A stretch of 64,000 nt of DNA from NCBI GenBank assembly GCA_963826525.1, contig CAWGXH010000003.1, forward strand, positions 224,001-288,000. Direction: 5' to 3'. A program made the translations under genes and the position numbers. The notes under the pieces are model-generated. The model ran no database searches, had not been told where the DNA came from, and worked only from the letters and a program-made list of their open reading frames with translations. This document shows, piece by piece, positions 8,070 to 20,397 of this stretch. How positions within the stretch are numbered: position 1 is the first letter of the stretch; the number at the start of each line of letters is the position of its first letter. The DNA is from an uncultured Methanomicrobiaceae archaeon. Its GTDB lineage: Archaea > Halobacteriota > Methanomicrobia > Methanomicrobiales > Methanoculleaceae.

Positions 8070-10694
8070 TCGGCAAGTTCGGCCTTTGGCAGCGTAAACC
8101 TTATCGCTGCTCCTTCGCTGGGAGAGCCCGGCACCCGGTCGTCCGCCCATATCCTTCCGCCGTAGCGTTCCACGAGGGCACGGCTGATATAGAGGCCGAG
8201 ACCCTTTCCGCTCTTTTTCCCCCGCTTTTGCGAAACCGGTAGAAGACCTCGGGTTTCAGGGGGTCGGGAATCCCGGGGCCGGTATCCTCCACCGATATCT
8301 CGACGTACCCGTCCGTATCCCGGGCGCCGATCGCGATAGCCACAGCCGGGCCGCCGAATTTGCGGCTGTTGCCGATGAGGTTGATGAAGACCTCGGGAAG
8401 GAGATTGTCGGCGAGCACGACCGCATCCGTCCCCGGGTAATGGACTTCCGCCTCTGGAAAGAGGTGAATCACCTCGCGGATAACGGTATCGAGCGTGGTC
8501 GGCGTTACGGCAGGTGCCTCCTCCTGCAGCCGCCGTATCGTCGAGACATTGCCGATGATCTCGATGCTCTGCCGGATGCCGGTGAGGAGTTTCTGCGCAA
8601 ACAACTTCTCATCCCCGGTGAGGATCTCTTCGAGGAGGGATGCGTACATCAGGGACGAGGTGTTGGCGTTGCTGATATCATGCGCCATCACGTCGAGGTA
8701 GAAGTTTGCCTGCTCGTTCGCCTCCTCGAGCCGGCGCTGGAGCATCAGCCGGTCGAGGGCTCTGCCCACCTCCCTGCCGATCGAGATGAGGATGCTTTTT
8801 TCCTCGTCTGTGAAGCGGTGCGGGCGCCTGCTGGTAAGGATCATAGCCCCGATACGGTCGCCGTCTGAGGTGAGGGGGATACGTGCAAGGGCACGGATCC
8901 CGGCACCTCCCGGATACCGGGACGGATAGTCTTCAGCGAAGCAGGGGCTCTCTCCCCCGAGGATACGGTCGTAGGGAGACTGATTGAGGCTGATCTCTCC
9001 CATATCGGGCATGAAACCCGGGGGGAGCCCTCGCCTGACAGCCGTTCTCGCCGTGCGGCCGGAAAGGTCGAAGAGGGAGATCGCTCCCCCCTCGAAGGCG
9101 ACGAGATCGAGCGTCCGGTCGAGAGCTCTCTGCATCAGATCGTCCGGGTCGGTCGAGGTGCTCGCGGCGCCGATCACCTGATTGATCGTATAGAGCTGCT
9201 TGTTACGCCTTTTTATCTTCTCTTCGGCGATTTTCCGCTCGCTGATATCGTTGAAGTAGAGGGAGAGCCCTCTGTTCCGGGGGAAGACCCTGACCTCGAA
9301 GTACCTGCCGTGCGAGGGGTCGAAGGTCTCGAAGGTGACGGGACGCTGCTCGTCGAGCACCCGGCGGAGGAGATCCTCAAAAGCGGTGCTCCCGGGTTCC
9401 GGAAAGACCTCGGTATACCGCTTTCCGATGAGTTCGTCACGCTGCACCCCGAGCAGCCGCCCGGCAGCCTCATTGGTATACGTGATGGTACGATCGCTGT
9501 CCATGGCGATGAAGGCGTCGCTGATACTCTCGAGGATCGTCTGAATCTGCGTCTTCGACTCGAGCAGCGCTGCCTCCGCCTCCTTCCTCTCGGTGATATC
9601 ATGGACGATGGAATGGAGGAGAGGCCGATTTTTCACGGTGATCGCCCCGCTGTACACCTCGACGTCCCTGACTTCGCCGTTCGCAAGCATGTGGCGGAAT
9701 ACGAAGTAGTTCCTGCGTTCGGCCAGTGCATGCTCCATCTCGGCTGCGACCTCACCCTCGTTCAGCGTATTGATCTCGGCGATCGTCATTCCGGTCAGGA
9801 CGTCGTGCGGATACCCGTAGAAACGTGATGCAGCGGGATTTGCGTCCACGATCTCGCCGGTGGCGGGATCGATGAGGAGCATGACGGCGAGGCTTTCGGT
9901 AAAGATATTTCGATACCGCTCTTCGCTCTCGCGGAGACTCTGTTCGGTCCGTATCCGTTCGACGACCCGGCCGAGCCGTCCGGCAACGGCGTCGATGAAC
10001 AATCGCTCCTCCTTCAGGAACGGCCCCACCCCTTCATCCTCCTCCGGATGTTCGCTCTGGTAGGAGACCTCAAGTCTCCCGACGGGTCTCCCGTGCACCC
10101 TGATACTGCTCGCTAAAAGCCAGGGCGTCGCGGTGAAAGCCTCGGTGCCGAACACGCGGCCGTCGAGAACGATCCGGACAACGGTATCCTTTGGGTACTG
10201 GAAGGCAGATAGGATGATGCTGAGCGCTTCCGAAAAGAGGTCCTCGAGCTGCAGCCCGGGGGTTTCGATGAGACGGGAGATGCCGTAGAGGCATGCAAGT
10301 TCCCGCTCCCGCTTCTGCAGGTTGCGCCGCTCAAGTGCGCAGCGGACTGCCTGCCGTATGAGGTCGGGGCCGAGCTGCTCTCGGGGAAGGTAATCCACGG
10401 CACCCTGCTCGAATGCCTGTAGTGCCGGCTCGTCGTCGGAGAGGATAATTATCGGTATGTCGCCGGCCTCCCGGTGCAGGCGGGTAAACGTCTCAAGCCC
10501 GCTGCTGTCGGAAAGTCCGAGGTCCAGGAGTATGATCGCGAACGTCCCGGCGGCAAGTGCGTCAAGCCCTTCCGAGAGACTACCGACGTGAACCGTTTCG
10601 AAACGGGGGAAGACCTCCTCGAGCAGTCTCCTGACGAGCCTTGCGTCTTTCGGGTTACCCTCGATGAGGAGGACCTTCTGTTTCATGTTCATGT
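8070..10694 (-). CDS. Hybrid sensor histidine kinase REC-GAF-like-PAS-PAS-GAF-HisKA-HATPase (frameshift near 8210)
   Basis: ORF 8101-10776; REC (LLDLGL), PAS motifs, H-box YLDVMAHDISN, N box NLIGNS, DTGPGIP; G2 box GLGLYI in the shifted frame. End approximate. Confidence 0.85.
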
Positions 10695-10851
10695 CTGGCA
10701 CACGACCGGGATCTTTCCTGCGTCCCATGCGTTCCTGCGCTCGGCAGAGCGCGGGCAGGCATACACCCTCTCTCAAGGGCGATGTGAGTATTAAGGATTA
10801 CCCTCTTTCGAAAGATACCCTGCGGGTCGCGGGAAAAAAGGTGTCCGGTCT

Positions 10852-11418
10852 TCAATCCGCGAGGCCGCACTGCTGCAGGAAGCGGGTCACGACCCACTCG
10901 TTCCGCACTTCGGGATGGAACATCACGCCGTACACCGGCAGCGTCCTGTGCCTGATCGCCTGAACGCACGCATCGGAGCGTGCGAGAACCTCGAACGAAG
11001 CGGGCGGCTCGGCTGAGAAGTTGTGCAGTTCGAAGGCCGTAAACCGGTCGTAGCCGTCAAAGAGCGGGTCTTCGACGGATCGCAGGACCTCGGTCATGCC
11101 GATCTCGCTGCACGGCACGATAGCACCGCAAAAGAGGCGTGCGATGATCTGCATCCCCGCACAGATGCCGATTACGGGTTTTTTGTACGAGCGGAGCCAC
11201 GCGAACTCCTCATGCCTCTCGGCAAACGCGTTGTCCATCAGGGCGGTTCCGCAGAGGATGATGCCGTCCGCCTCGCCGAGCAGTCCGTCGTCAACCTCGG
11301 TGAAATGCCTGACGGTATACCGGGCATGCGTCGTCCGCACGATCTGCACGAGCGGCCGGACGAACTCGTCCACACCGAGCGAGTCCTTCGTTTGGCAGAG
11401 ATCGACGATGAGTATCAT
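10852..11418 (-). CDS. Class I glutamine amidotransferase (GMP synthase subunit A-like)
   Basis: GICAGMQ catalytic Cys and FHPE His-Glu. Confidence 0.85.
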   Translation of the reverse strand: MILIVDLCQTKDSLGVDEFVRPLVQIVRTTHARYTVRHFTEVDDGLLGEADGIILCGTALMDNAFAERHEEFAWLRSYKKPVIGICAGMQIIARLFCGAIVPCSEIGMTEVLRSVEDPLFDGYDRFTAFELHNFSAEPPASFEVLARSDACVQAIRHRTLPVYGVMFHPEVRNEWVVTRFLQQCGLAD

Positions 11419-12096
11419 CGCTCCACCAGCCGGGCTTTTCGGATCAGGTACCTGCCGTTATGGTTCCGGTATATCCGTGGAGGCCTCTTCGATCAGAATA
11501 CGCTGTGTAAAGAACGGTGCATCGATCACGAACGTCTCGTACTCCCCGCCTTCGCCGGTCAGGGTGATCCGGTGAGTCCGAACCATCTTTCGGAGATCGC
11601 AAAGGGCGGCTTCGTCAAGCTCCCTCCCGAGCCACTCTTCGTCGAAGGGGGCGGAGAAGACCCCTGCGATTATCACCCGGAAGCCGGCCGCAAGCAGTGA
11701 TTCCATGTACGCCTCCTGGTCGATATACCAGAGGGGGTTATAGCACCAGAGGTGCAGCTCGTTGCAGATACGCTGGATCCGTGTTGCCTGGTAGACCGAG
11801 AGGATTGCACCGGTGACGACGCCCTCGATCCCGTATTCGTCCCGGGCGCGAAGAAGCGCCCGCTTCAGGTCGTCGAGTTCCGCCTCTTCCTCGCCGAGCG
11901 TCTCCACCTCGACGAGCGGGAGTCCGGCGGCCTCTGCCTGGAGCGCTGCGAGGCGGATGTTCGGGGTGTGAAACATGTAACTCTCGTCGTTTTTGGAGAC
12001 GATGGTGATCAGGCAGACGACGTCTTCCTGCATCATTGCCCGGTAGCAGGCAAACAGGGAATCTTTCCCTCCGGAGAATAATACACCGAGTTTCAT
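11415..12096 (-). CDS. Diphthine--ammonia ligase-like PP-loop ATPase (Dph6/DUF71), frameshift near 11470
   Basis: MKLGVLFSGGKDS, SYMFHTPN, GAILSVYQ, GEGGEYET; corrected tail YRNHNGRYLIRKARLVER* ends in an ATGA overlap with the amidotransferase. Confidence 0.85.
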
Positions 12097-12188
12097 GATT
12101 GAGGTACTATCGGGCGAACGGCCGGAACGTGAGTGATCATATCTCGACCCCGGCCACAAAAAAGGTATGCGGTCTTTCAGGTGCAGAA

Positions 12189-13434
12189 CTATCCGGCACC
12201 GCTCGTTTTGAGAGTGAACCGGAATGCCGCCCCTTCCCCGGGAGAGCCCGGCACGCGGTCTTCGACCCAGACCGCTCCGCCGTAGCGTTCGACGAGGGTT
12301 TTCGCGATGAAGAGGCCGAGCCCTTCACCCCGTCCTTCGTTCTTCCCCTGCTCGAAACGATAGAATATCGCCTCTTTCGTATCGTCCGGAATCCCGGGGC
12401 CGGTATCTTCCACCGCAACAAGGAGCGTCCCGGCGCCATACTCCTCGACGCGAACGGTGATCGCAACATCGGGCCCGCCGAACTTGGCGGCGTTTCCGAG
12501 CAGGTTTGCAAAGACCTCGGCAAGGAGCGGGTCGGCCAGGGCCCGGCGTGGTCCGCATTCGTACCGGATCTGTATATCCGGGAAGTTTGCGATACTCTCA
12601 CGGATGATACGGTCGAGGTCGACGCTCATGTTCCGGACGGTCTCCTGGTGGATCCTCCTGATGGTGGAGACGTTTCCAAGGATCTCGATGCTCTTATGGA
12701 TGCTGGTCATGAACTTTCGTGCATACTCTGACGGGTCGTCCCCGTCATTGAGATCGAGCAGCAGGTCCGCATACAGCGTGGAGACATTGAGCGCATTCCT
12801 GATGTCGTGCGTGAGGATATCGAGGTAGAGGTTCGCCTCCCGGTTCGCCGCCTCGAGCTGCTGCTGGAGGCTGCATTCGAAGAATCCCGGAGCCGATCTC
12901 CCTCCCGATCGCCTCGAGGAGCATCTTCTCCTCGTCCGTAAAGATCCGGTCTTCACGACTCCCGATGAAGATCGCACCGACGGTTGCGGATGTGGCGATG
13001 AGCGGGATACAGGCGAGGGAAGATATCCCGAGTTCCTCAAGCATCAGGGTCTCATGAGGACTTCGAACTATCCCGGCTTCGATATAGTGCGGCTGCTGCC
13101 TGATCAGGACGGTATGGCACGGCCACTTCCCGATGGGGAGCACCCGGTGCCGCGAAAGGTACTCCTCGGGCACGTTCAGCGAATGCCGGATCGCTGCCTC
13201 CGTCTGCCCGGCGTCCAGCAGGTAGATCATGCCGAGGTCAAGACCCATCAGGGTGAGCACGCTCTCGAGAGCATCGGTGAGCATCGCATCGAGAGACTCC
13301 GAGGCGGCGGTAATCCCGATGATCCGGTTCAGTACGGTGAGGTGTCTGTTCTGCTGCCGGAGCGCCTCTTCTGCCGCTCCTGCTCTTTCCTCCCGGTGGT
13401 TCGTCTCTCTCCGGGTAAGCCCGATGGAATTCAC
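12189..13434 (-). CDS. GAF sensor histidine kinase (split by frameshift near 12875)
   Basis: ORFs 12745-13434 (GAF) + 12189-13040 (YLDILTHDIRN, NLLGNA, DTGPGIP, GLGLF). Confidence 0.85.
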
Positions 13435-13774
13435 TGGTCCTCTCTTCCCCCTGCGTTCAACTGTGTAACAGAATTATTCGTTGTATTTTATACTGCTATG
13501 GTCTTGGAAAGATCCAATGGTACTGGATCGAGGCTTTTTGGGGCTTTCCTGACCTTTCAGGTTCTAAAAAGAGCGTCAATCGGTGATATGATTCATTATA
13601 TGCTCTAGAATGGTATTCGGAAGCCTCGGGGATCTCTGCTGCCGTATCCCTGCTGAAGGCCGGTATCCGGCTCCGCCGAACCCCTGCGTACTTATTTAGG
13701 ACTGCATACCCTACAGTCCCCTGCATCAAGAGTGACGACGCTCCTTCGCCGGGCACCGGCGAAGGGGCAGACAG

Positions 13775-14850
13775 GTGAATTGTAACGTACGCCATACGCT
13801 TTTACCGGATATTCGATGCCGGCGATACGATAGATCTGAACTTTCTCGAAGAGAATCTTGCCATCGGCCATGCGACCACCCGCACGAGCTTCACCCGGGT
13901 CAAACCGAAATCGGTCTCGCTGGATGTCCCTCCGCTGCTTGTCAGGCTCCCGCCTGTCCAGGTGAACGCAGGCGATCGAGAGTGGCAGATGGCCACCGTC
14001 GCCCGGATATACGATATCGGTGCAATCAGTCTCTGCTTCATCCTCGAGAACCACGAAGCCCCGCCCTCCGCTCTCCAGGAGGCGGCTCTCCTCTTCGCCG
14101 GACAGAGCGGCCTCGATCCGCTGTACTCCGTCTTTCTCGATCAGATACGAACGATCCTCCACCCGCACCTCGGGGATCTCCCCATCGATCCCGGATTCTA
14201 CGAGGATTATACCATCTTCATCACCGATCACACCGATGAGGCGCTCGACCCGGTCGTCCTCCTCCTCGGGGAGGATATGGTCTACAGTGCGCAGACACGG
14301 GAGGATCTGCTGAAGAATTCACTGAGTTACGGGATCGACGATCTCACCATCCTCTCCTGGGACTCCGCCCTGCTCGTCAGCCCCGATGCTCCCGGTGATC
14401 TCATTGATATCATCGAATATGCTGCCGTACAGGCGCTCGAGTTCCGCTACTACGACCGAGTGCTCACGCAGCAGATGGAGCGGATGTACGAGGATATCGG
14501 GGGTACTGAGCGGCGTTCACAGCTCCGGCGCATCGCCAGGTACCGTAGCATCATGACCCGCCTGATGGAGACCCTTGCCGATATATCCGAGATCACCGAT
14601 AAAGTCGATAACCTCATCAAAATTACCGAGGATATCTACTACGCCCGCGTATACGCAATGGCGCTCGGGGTGCTTCGCATCTCGCAGTGGCGTTCCAGCG
14701 TCAACCGGCGGATCGAACTCATTCACCGGAACTACGCGATGCTCTCGGACGAAGTGAACATCCAACACTCGCACCTCCTCGAGATCATCGTCATCCTCCT
14801 GATCGCTTTCGAGGCCGGGCATTCTCCTCTGGGAGGTCAGCGGTTTTCAG
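13775..14850 (+). CDS. RMD1/DUF155-like membrane-anchored protein (ends probably frameshifted)
   Basis: ORF 13962-14930; frame open upstream (FYRIFDAGDTIDL); C-terminal LEIIVILLIAFE typical of DUF155-like proteins. Confidence 0.6.
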
Positions 14851-14976
14851 TAATGTCCGTCGTACCGGCCATGGGTCGGCTGCCCGGCCGGCCGGCGATC
14901 GGAGACGACGCCGGGACGCTCAAATTATAAGTGTACTTTATATATAATTCCGTTTATGTCCCTCCGGTGATGACTA

Positions 14977-15678
14977 ATGGCAAATGGAATCATCCCGTCG
15001 CAGATGACGGCACAACTGGGAGAGATCAATAGCGCGATCAGCAACACCGTTGCGTTCCTCCCGAGTCTCGTAGCAGCGATCATTATTCTTATCATCGGTT
15101 GGATTATAGGGCGAATCCTGGGACGGGTCGTGGCAGAAGTCCTCGACAGGATCGGCGTCGACGACGCTCTCCGGAAGACCGCCTTTGGAAAGTATATCGA
15201 ACGCTCGAAGATGACCCTCGGACATCTCTTCGATCTCATCGTCCGCTGGTTCATCTATCTTATCGCAATTCTGACGGCGGTCAGCGTACTTCAGATCGCC
15301 TCACTGACGGCTGCCGTCGCAGCCATTGTCGCGTATATCCCGAACATCGTGGCATTCCTGTTGATCCTGATCATCGGGTTCATCGTCGTCGACTGGCTGC
15401 TCGACTTCATCCAGAACTTCGGTGAGGCGGAGGGGATCGAGTATATGAGCTTCATTACCCTGGGGCTCCGGGCGCTCTTCTACTTCGTCATCGTCATCCT
15501 CGCCCTTGAGCAGCTCCTGATCGACCTCTCGATCATCTACGTCTTCGTCGTCCCGATCGCATGGGGCGTCGGTCTCGGCATCGGTGCTGCAATCGCCATC
15601 ATCGTCGGGTTCGGCCTCAAAGACCGGGCGCCGGAGATTATGGCATGCATGACGGGCAAGATGAAAAAGAAAGAATAA
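14977..15678 (+). CDS. Conserved TM-helix repeat membrane protein (MscS TM-like)
   Basis: Two repeats FLPSLVAAIIILIIGWII / YIPNIVAFLLILIIGFIV; ends GFGLKD. Confidence 0.75.
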   Translation: MANGIIPSQMTAQLGEINSAISNTVAFLPSLVAAIIILIIGWIIGRILGRVVAEVLDRIGVDDALRKTAFGKYIERSKMTLGHLFDLIVRWFIYLIAILTAVSVLQIASLTAAVAAIVAYIPNIVAFLLILIIGFIVVDWLLDFIQNFGEAEGIEYMSFITLGLRALFYFVIVILALEQLLIDLSIIYVFVVPIAWGVGLGIGAAIAIIVGFGLKDRAPEIMACMTGKMKKKE

Positions 15679-16009
15679 TCTCTATTTTCGGAGGATTCCT
15701 CCGGGAATTTCCTCTTCCTGACGCAACTGGCGCCGCTTCTGCGGACTCTCATCTCTGCCCACCGTTCGGGGGAGCTGAAAGGGGAGGTCGGCGCCTGTCG
15801 AGAGCCCTTGCAGCAGGGGCCTTTTCCAACGCGAGCAGGGAACGCCGGTTCGGTATTCGGATCGAGTCTCTCTCCTGAGGGAAAGGGCGGCGCACCCCGT
15901 TCCCGGCGGAGTGAAGATACTATTAAGTGGGCGGAGGACGTGATTGCCGCCCCTGCCTCACACCGGCAGGAGTACCTTCGCCCTGAAGAAGGAAGGGGAG
16001 ATGATCTGA

Positions 16010-16900
16010 ATGGCTGATGGGATATCGAGTGTTGTTCTGGAGCGAAAGACCCGGAAGACGGAAGCGGAAGGGTTCATGAGGTCCGAGCATATTGTCGGGA
16101 AGCATGTGAAGAATATGGAAGGCTACGACCTTGGAGAGATCGCGGGCATGTGGGTAGGGCTGCTCCGGGGCCGGGTCGAGTACGCCGTGCTTGCGTGTAC
16201 GGCGGCGGCGGGAGGAAACTGTTTGCCGTTCCGATCGAGGCTCTCGCCTACCGGCCAGGGGACGATGTCTTCCTGGTAAACATCGACAGGCAGACGCTTG
16301 ATGCCGGGGAGGGCTTCCCGGAGGATGACTGGCCCCGTAAAGCGGACTGGGATTCTGATCGCGTTGACCCGCCCCGTGATGCCGCCGACCCGGGAGGAGG
16401 CGCTTGCCGTGGAATCGACCGAGGCTCCGCCCCCGATGATCACCACCACGGAACGCGTGGTCGTGAGCACCGGGCTCACGCCTGCCAATTCCGTGATCGT
16501 AGATCAGCAGGTCGAGGTCATGGCGGGGGAGTGGACGCCCTCCGGGGCTTCGGGGGATGCGGTGATTGGAGGCGAGGATGCCTCTCCTCCGGTTACCGGG
16601 GCTGAAGCGGCGCGGGGAGAGAAGACGGTGGCCGGACAGGGGCGGCCGGAGCAGTTTTATACAGGACACCGAAAAACCGGTGTCCGGGAGGGGGCACCGA
16701 CGTCTTCCCGGCACATGGGCTCTCCTGAATTTCTTGCCTACCTCGAAGGCACGGAGTACCCCGCAGGAAAGCACGACCTGATCGATCGGGCGAAGGCGAA
16801 TAATGCACCGAAGGACAGTATCGACCTGCTTGCTAGATTCGAGACGAAGAAGTATTTGTCCGTCGAGGATGTGAGAAAAGAGTTGAGCCGGGCCCGATGA
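16010..16900 (+). CDS. PRC-barrel protein with C-terminal DUF2795 domain (frameshifted)
   Basis: Pieces 16010-16279, 16150-16605, 16298-16900: IVGKHVKNMEGYDLGEI...GRVEYAVL...KLFAVPIEAL; C-terminal YLEGTEYPAGKHDLIDRAKANNA. Confidence 0.7.
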
Positions 16901-17118
16901 CCCATTTTCGATCCGCCCGGGAGCGGACAGCCGGATGCCGATCCGTCTGTCGGGCTTGCGCATTCCCACGAAGCACCGGCCGGTTCTGTCCCCGAAAACG
17001 CATCCGCCGTGCCCGCTTCATGCCCTGCGCAATGCTTAAGTGGTCTCAGTGCATCACTGCCGGCCCTGCACTGGTGCGGCCGATGCATCAGGGCCGGCAG
17101 ATAAGGGAGATGAGTGCA

Positions 17119-17608
17119 ATGGCTGAAGGAAGGTCAGGGATGGTTATGGAGCAAAAAGTGCGGGAGACGGGAGCAGAGTGGTACATGTCGGGCAACGACG
17201 TGATGGGTAAGAGCGTCCTCAACCCGCAGGGAGAGGAGCTTGGCAAGGTATCCGATATGCGGATTGTTTTCCCCCAGGGCCGGGTCGAGTACGCTGGTAC
17301 TCAGGCACGGCGGCATGCTCGGCATGGGAGGGAAGCATTTTGCCATTCCCGTCGAGGCGCTGACGTACCGGTCAGGAGACGGTGTCTTCGTCGTGAACAT
17401 CGCAAAAGATACCCTGGACAACGCAGCAGGCTTTTCGGAGAATGAATGGCCGAAAGAGCCGGACTGGAACCTGATCGAATCGGCACGGGCACGGGCACCC
17501 CCGAGCAGAGAAGAGGCAGAGGCCATGGAATCTACGGAGACACCGCCGCCGGAGGTCGTTACGACGGAACGGGTCGAGGTGCGCGAACAGCCGCCCCGGC
17601 AGCGGTAA
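17119..17608 (+). CDS. PRC-barrel domain protein, paralog of the upstream gene (frameshift near 17295)
   Basis: VMGKSVLNPQGEELGKV...GRVEYA + VLRHGGMLGMGGKHFAIPVEAL...PPSREEAEAMESTETPPP. Confidence 0.75.
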
Positions 17609-17629
17609 CCTTCAGGAAGATTCCTCCTC

Positions 17630-17643
17630 TCTACCTTTTTTTT
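17630..17643 (+). terminator. Oligo-T archaeal terminator
   Basis: T8 run about 30 bp after the stop of the second PRC-barrel gene. Confidence 0.4.
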
Positions 17644-17713
17644 GTCGGTATGTGCGAATCACCACAACCTTTTTCGAACCTCCACGCAAGGGGCACCCTC
17701 GGAGGGTGAGCGT

Positions 17714-18256
17714 ATGGCACAGAATGTGATTGATATACTGAAACAGGAGCACGACACGGTTCTCCCGGTGCTTGAGGAGCTGACGGAGAAGGGCCTCGGC
17801 GACCGAAGCGGCACGTACTCTTCGATGAAGAGCGCTCTTCTGTTGCATATGGAGGGTGAGGAGAAGGCCGTCTATCCACGGTTCGAGCAGGCGGGCATGC
17901 ACGACAAGATTCTGGAATCGATACAGGAGCATAACGCGGTGAAAACCCTGCTGAGCCAGCTCGACAGTGTTTCCATGTCGAACGAGGACGAATGGGTTGC
18001 CAGGATGAAGGTGATCCGGGAGAACGTCCGGCACCATGTCAAAGAAGAAGAGAACGAGATCTTCCCGAAAGCCCGACAGTCTCTCAGCGAAGACGAGCTC
18101 GAAGAGATGGGTAGCCGTTTTGAAGAAGCAAAAGGGAAGAGTGCCCATGGCGGCACGCTGACCGCCACACCTTTTCCCGCGACGCAGGGTCGGCATCACC
18201 TGGTTACCTGCAGGATGTACTGCCGGCCGTCTTTCAGAGTATCCGTTCGAGGATGA
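17714..18256 (+). CDS. Hemerythrin/HHE cation-binding domain protein (true stop possibly about 18160)
   Basis: LKQEH, HMEGEEKAVYP, IQEH, HHVKEEENEIFP. Confidence 0.85.
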   Translation: MAQNVIDILKQEHDTVLPVLEELTEKGLGDRSGTYSSMKSALLLHMEGEEKAVYPRFEQAGMHDKILESIQEHNAVKTLLSQLDSVSMSNEDEWVARMKVIRENVRHHVKEEENEIFPKARQSLSEDELEEMGSRFEEAKGKSAHGGTLTATPFPATQGRHHLVTCRMYCRPSFRVSVRG

Positions 18257-18668
18257 CGACGGCATCCCGTACAAATTCCGGGCATTTCGTGACAAACAAT
18301 CCGTCCCGGCCAGCTTTTTCGTATTCTTCGGGGTTATCGAGGTTGTATCCGAGGAGGTCGGTGCAGTTGACCGATCCGTGCCGGAGGGAGAACTCCTCGA
18401 TGAACCTGCGGACGAGTGCACGTGTTTGCGCCGTGGCTGCATCGTCTCCCTGCTTCGCTTTACCGTACTTCAGCCCGATGACGAGGACGGCGCCCGATAC
18501 TGCCCCGCAGATGTTGCCGGTTTTTGAAATGCCGGCACCGAATCCGGATGAGATCTTTCTGGCCGTCTCGGCGTCCAGACCCATCTCCTCGGAGAACGTG
18601 GAGAGTACGGCTGACGAGCAGGTAAATCCATCTTTAAAGCAGGCAACGGCCTGGTCTGATTTGTCCAT
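18234..18668 (-). CDS. C-GCAxxG-C-C family putative redox protein
   Basis: FTCSSAV, GFGAG, ICGAVSG, VNCTDL, KCPEFV. Confidence 0.88.
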   Translation of the reverse strand: MDKSDQAVACFKDGFTCSSAVLSTFSEEMGLDAETARKISSGFGAGISKTGNICGAVSGAVLVIGLKYGKAKQGDDAATAQTRALVRRFIEEFSLRHGSVNCTDLLGYNLDNPEEYEKAGRDGLFVTKCPEFVRDAVVILERIL

Positions 18669-18759
18669 GGTACTTCCTGGAGAGGAATATTTCTCAGTGC
18701 ACTATCATGAATGCACGCCCCCTGCTCCCACGTTCGTCCGTCATTCCGGTATGCACCGG

Positions 18760-19714
18760 CGGCACTGCACCGGAAAAATTGGCGCCCGGTCGGTCAGCGG
18801 GCCTGGCCGAGGAAGGTCTCACGATCGCGGTGAACTCGTCAGGGTACTGGGTACATGAGCCCGTGGCCTGCTCCCCGTACCTGCATCACGGAGGCCGAGG
18901 GGATCCGCTCGCCGATGAAGAAGGAGTTCCCGGGCGGGGCGAGGATGTCCCGGTCACCGACGATGAGGAGGGTGGGCTGCTTGAGGGTGCCGAGCCATGC
19001 CGAGACGCCCGTCCTCGCTCCCATCGCCTCTCCCTGCCGGGCGATATTCTCGGGGCTGCTGCTCTCGGTGACGTTCGGGAAGTACTCCCGCGGGTCGGGG
19101 TGTTCTGCCATCCAGTCTGCGGGGAAGAGGAGCGAGAGCAGGCGCATGCCCCGCTCAGCGTCCGTGCCGGAGGTGTCGAGGAGCCGCTTCTCTACCTCGG
19201 GATCCATGGGGATGCTCTCGTTTCCGCCCGGATCGGCGGCATACAGCACGAGCTTCTCGACCTTTTCCGGGTGCTCGTGAGCGAGCGCGAGCGCGATGTC
19301 GGCACCCATCGACCAGCCGAGCACGGGGGCCTTCTCGATCCCGATCGCGTCCATGAGGCCGGCGGTGTCGTTTGCGAAGAGCGGGATAGAGTAATTCTGT
19401 TCGGACGAGGTGGAAAGGCCCATCCCGCGGTTATCGAAGACAATCACCCGGTACTGGCGGGCGAGCCCTTCGAGCATCCGCGTGTCCCACATGTCCATCG
19501 TCCCGGCATAGCCCATGACGAGCACGAGCGGCGGCCCGTCCCCGAACTCCCTGTAGGCGATCTCGATATCGTCGACGGCAACCGTCTGCACGGTTACGTT
19601 CTCGATCGGGTCAGGGGCAGTCTCCGGTGGTGTCCCGGTGCAGCCGCAGAGGAGGCAGGTTGCGGCGAGAAGCAGGAAGACGGCGCCCGTAAAGGCAGGG
19701 GATAGCGTATGCAT
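18760..19714 (-). CDS. Alpha/beta hydrolase with lipoprotein-like signal (frameshift near 18850)
   Basis: LLCGCTG lipobox, FDNRGMG, GWSMG nucleophile, GDRD, AGHG. Confidence 0.85.
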
Positions 19715-20397
19715 GGTGATCTCTCTTCCTGAAGATCCCATCCGGCAGTTGAAGTAATTTTTTAAACGACATTATCCAGCCTTTTCCGGGATGAGAGCCT
19801 CTCTCTTCATCACCCGGTGACCTGCCCCCGGAGAGCATGCCGCATACCCTTCTGACCCCGATCTCGGCTGCCCTCCTCAGATCTCCCTGGACCGCAGGAC
19901 GAAGATTGGCAGACACTGCAGAACCCGTCTGACCTGCAGGAGGAGATGGCCCGGTCATCAGAGTTCTGATCGTGGATGGCGCTGCCATGCATTTTCCGGC
20001 AGTCGAAGTGTCATATGTCACGAGGTTGAGAGTAGATCTATCAGCGGCACCCGGGAGGCGGCCAGAAGAATTCAGCGGCAGATATCCTTCACCCGGGATT
20101 ACGAGGATCTGTGGGGGTGAGGGCACCCGAATGGCAACGGGTAGAGACGGTCGTCACGCTGGGTAGAGAGTGTTTCGATGGAGGGGATCGACCTCGTGGT
20201 GCCTAAAAAAGGATCTCAAATGGTGTCCGGATGAACATTCTAATCCCTGTGCGTGTTCTGTCGGATCGGCGATGTTCTCTGCCGAATTCCGGATTTCCAT
20301 CCCCGAAAACGTGGGGCAGGATTCTCTGACTGTCCGGATCACCTCACCTGCGTACGTCTGATGTTCGTCCTCTCCTCGCACTGCAGTACTTCCCGGC

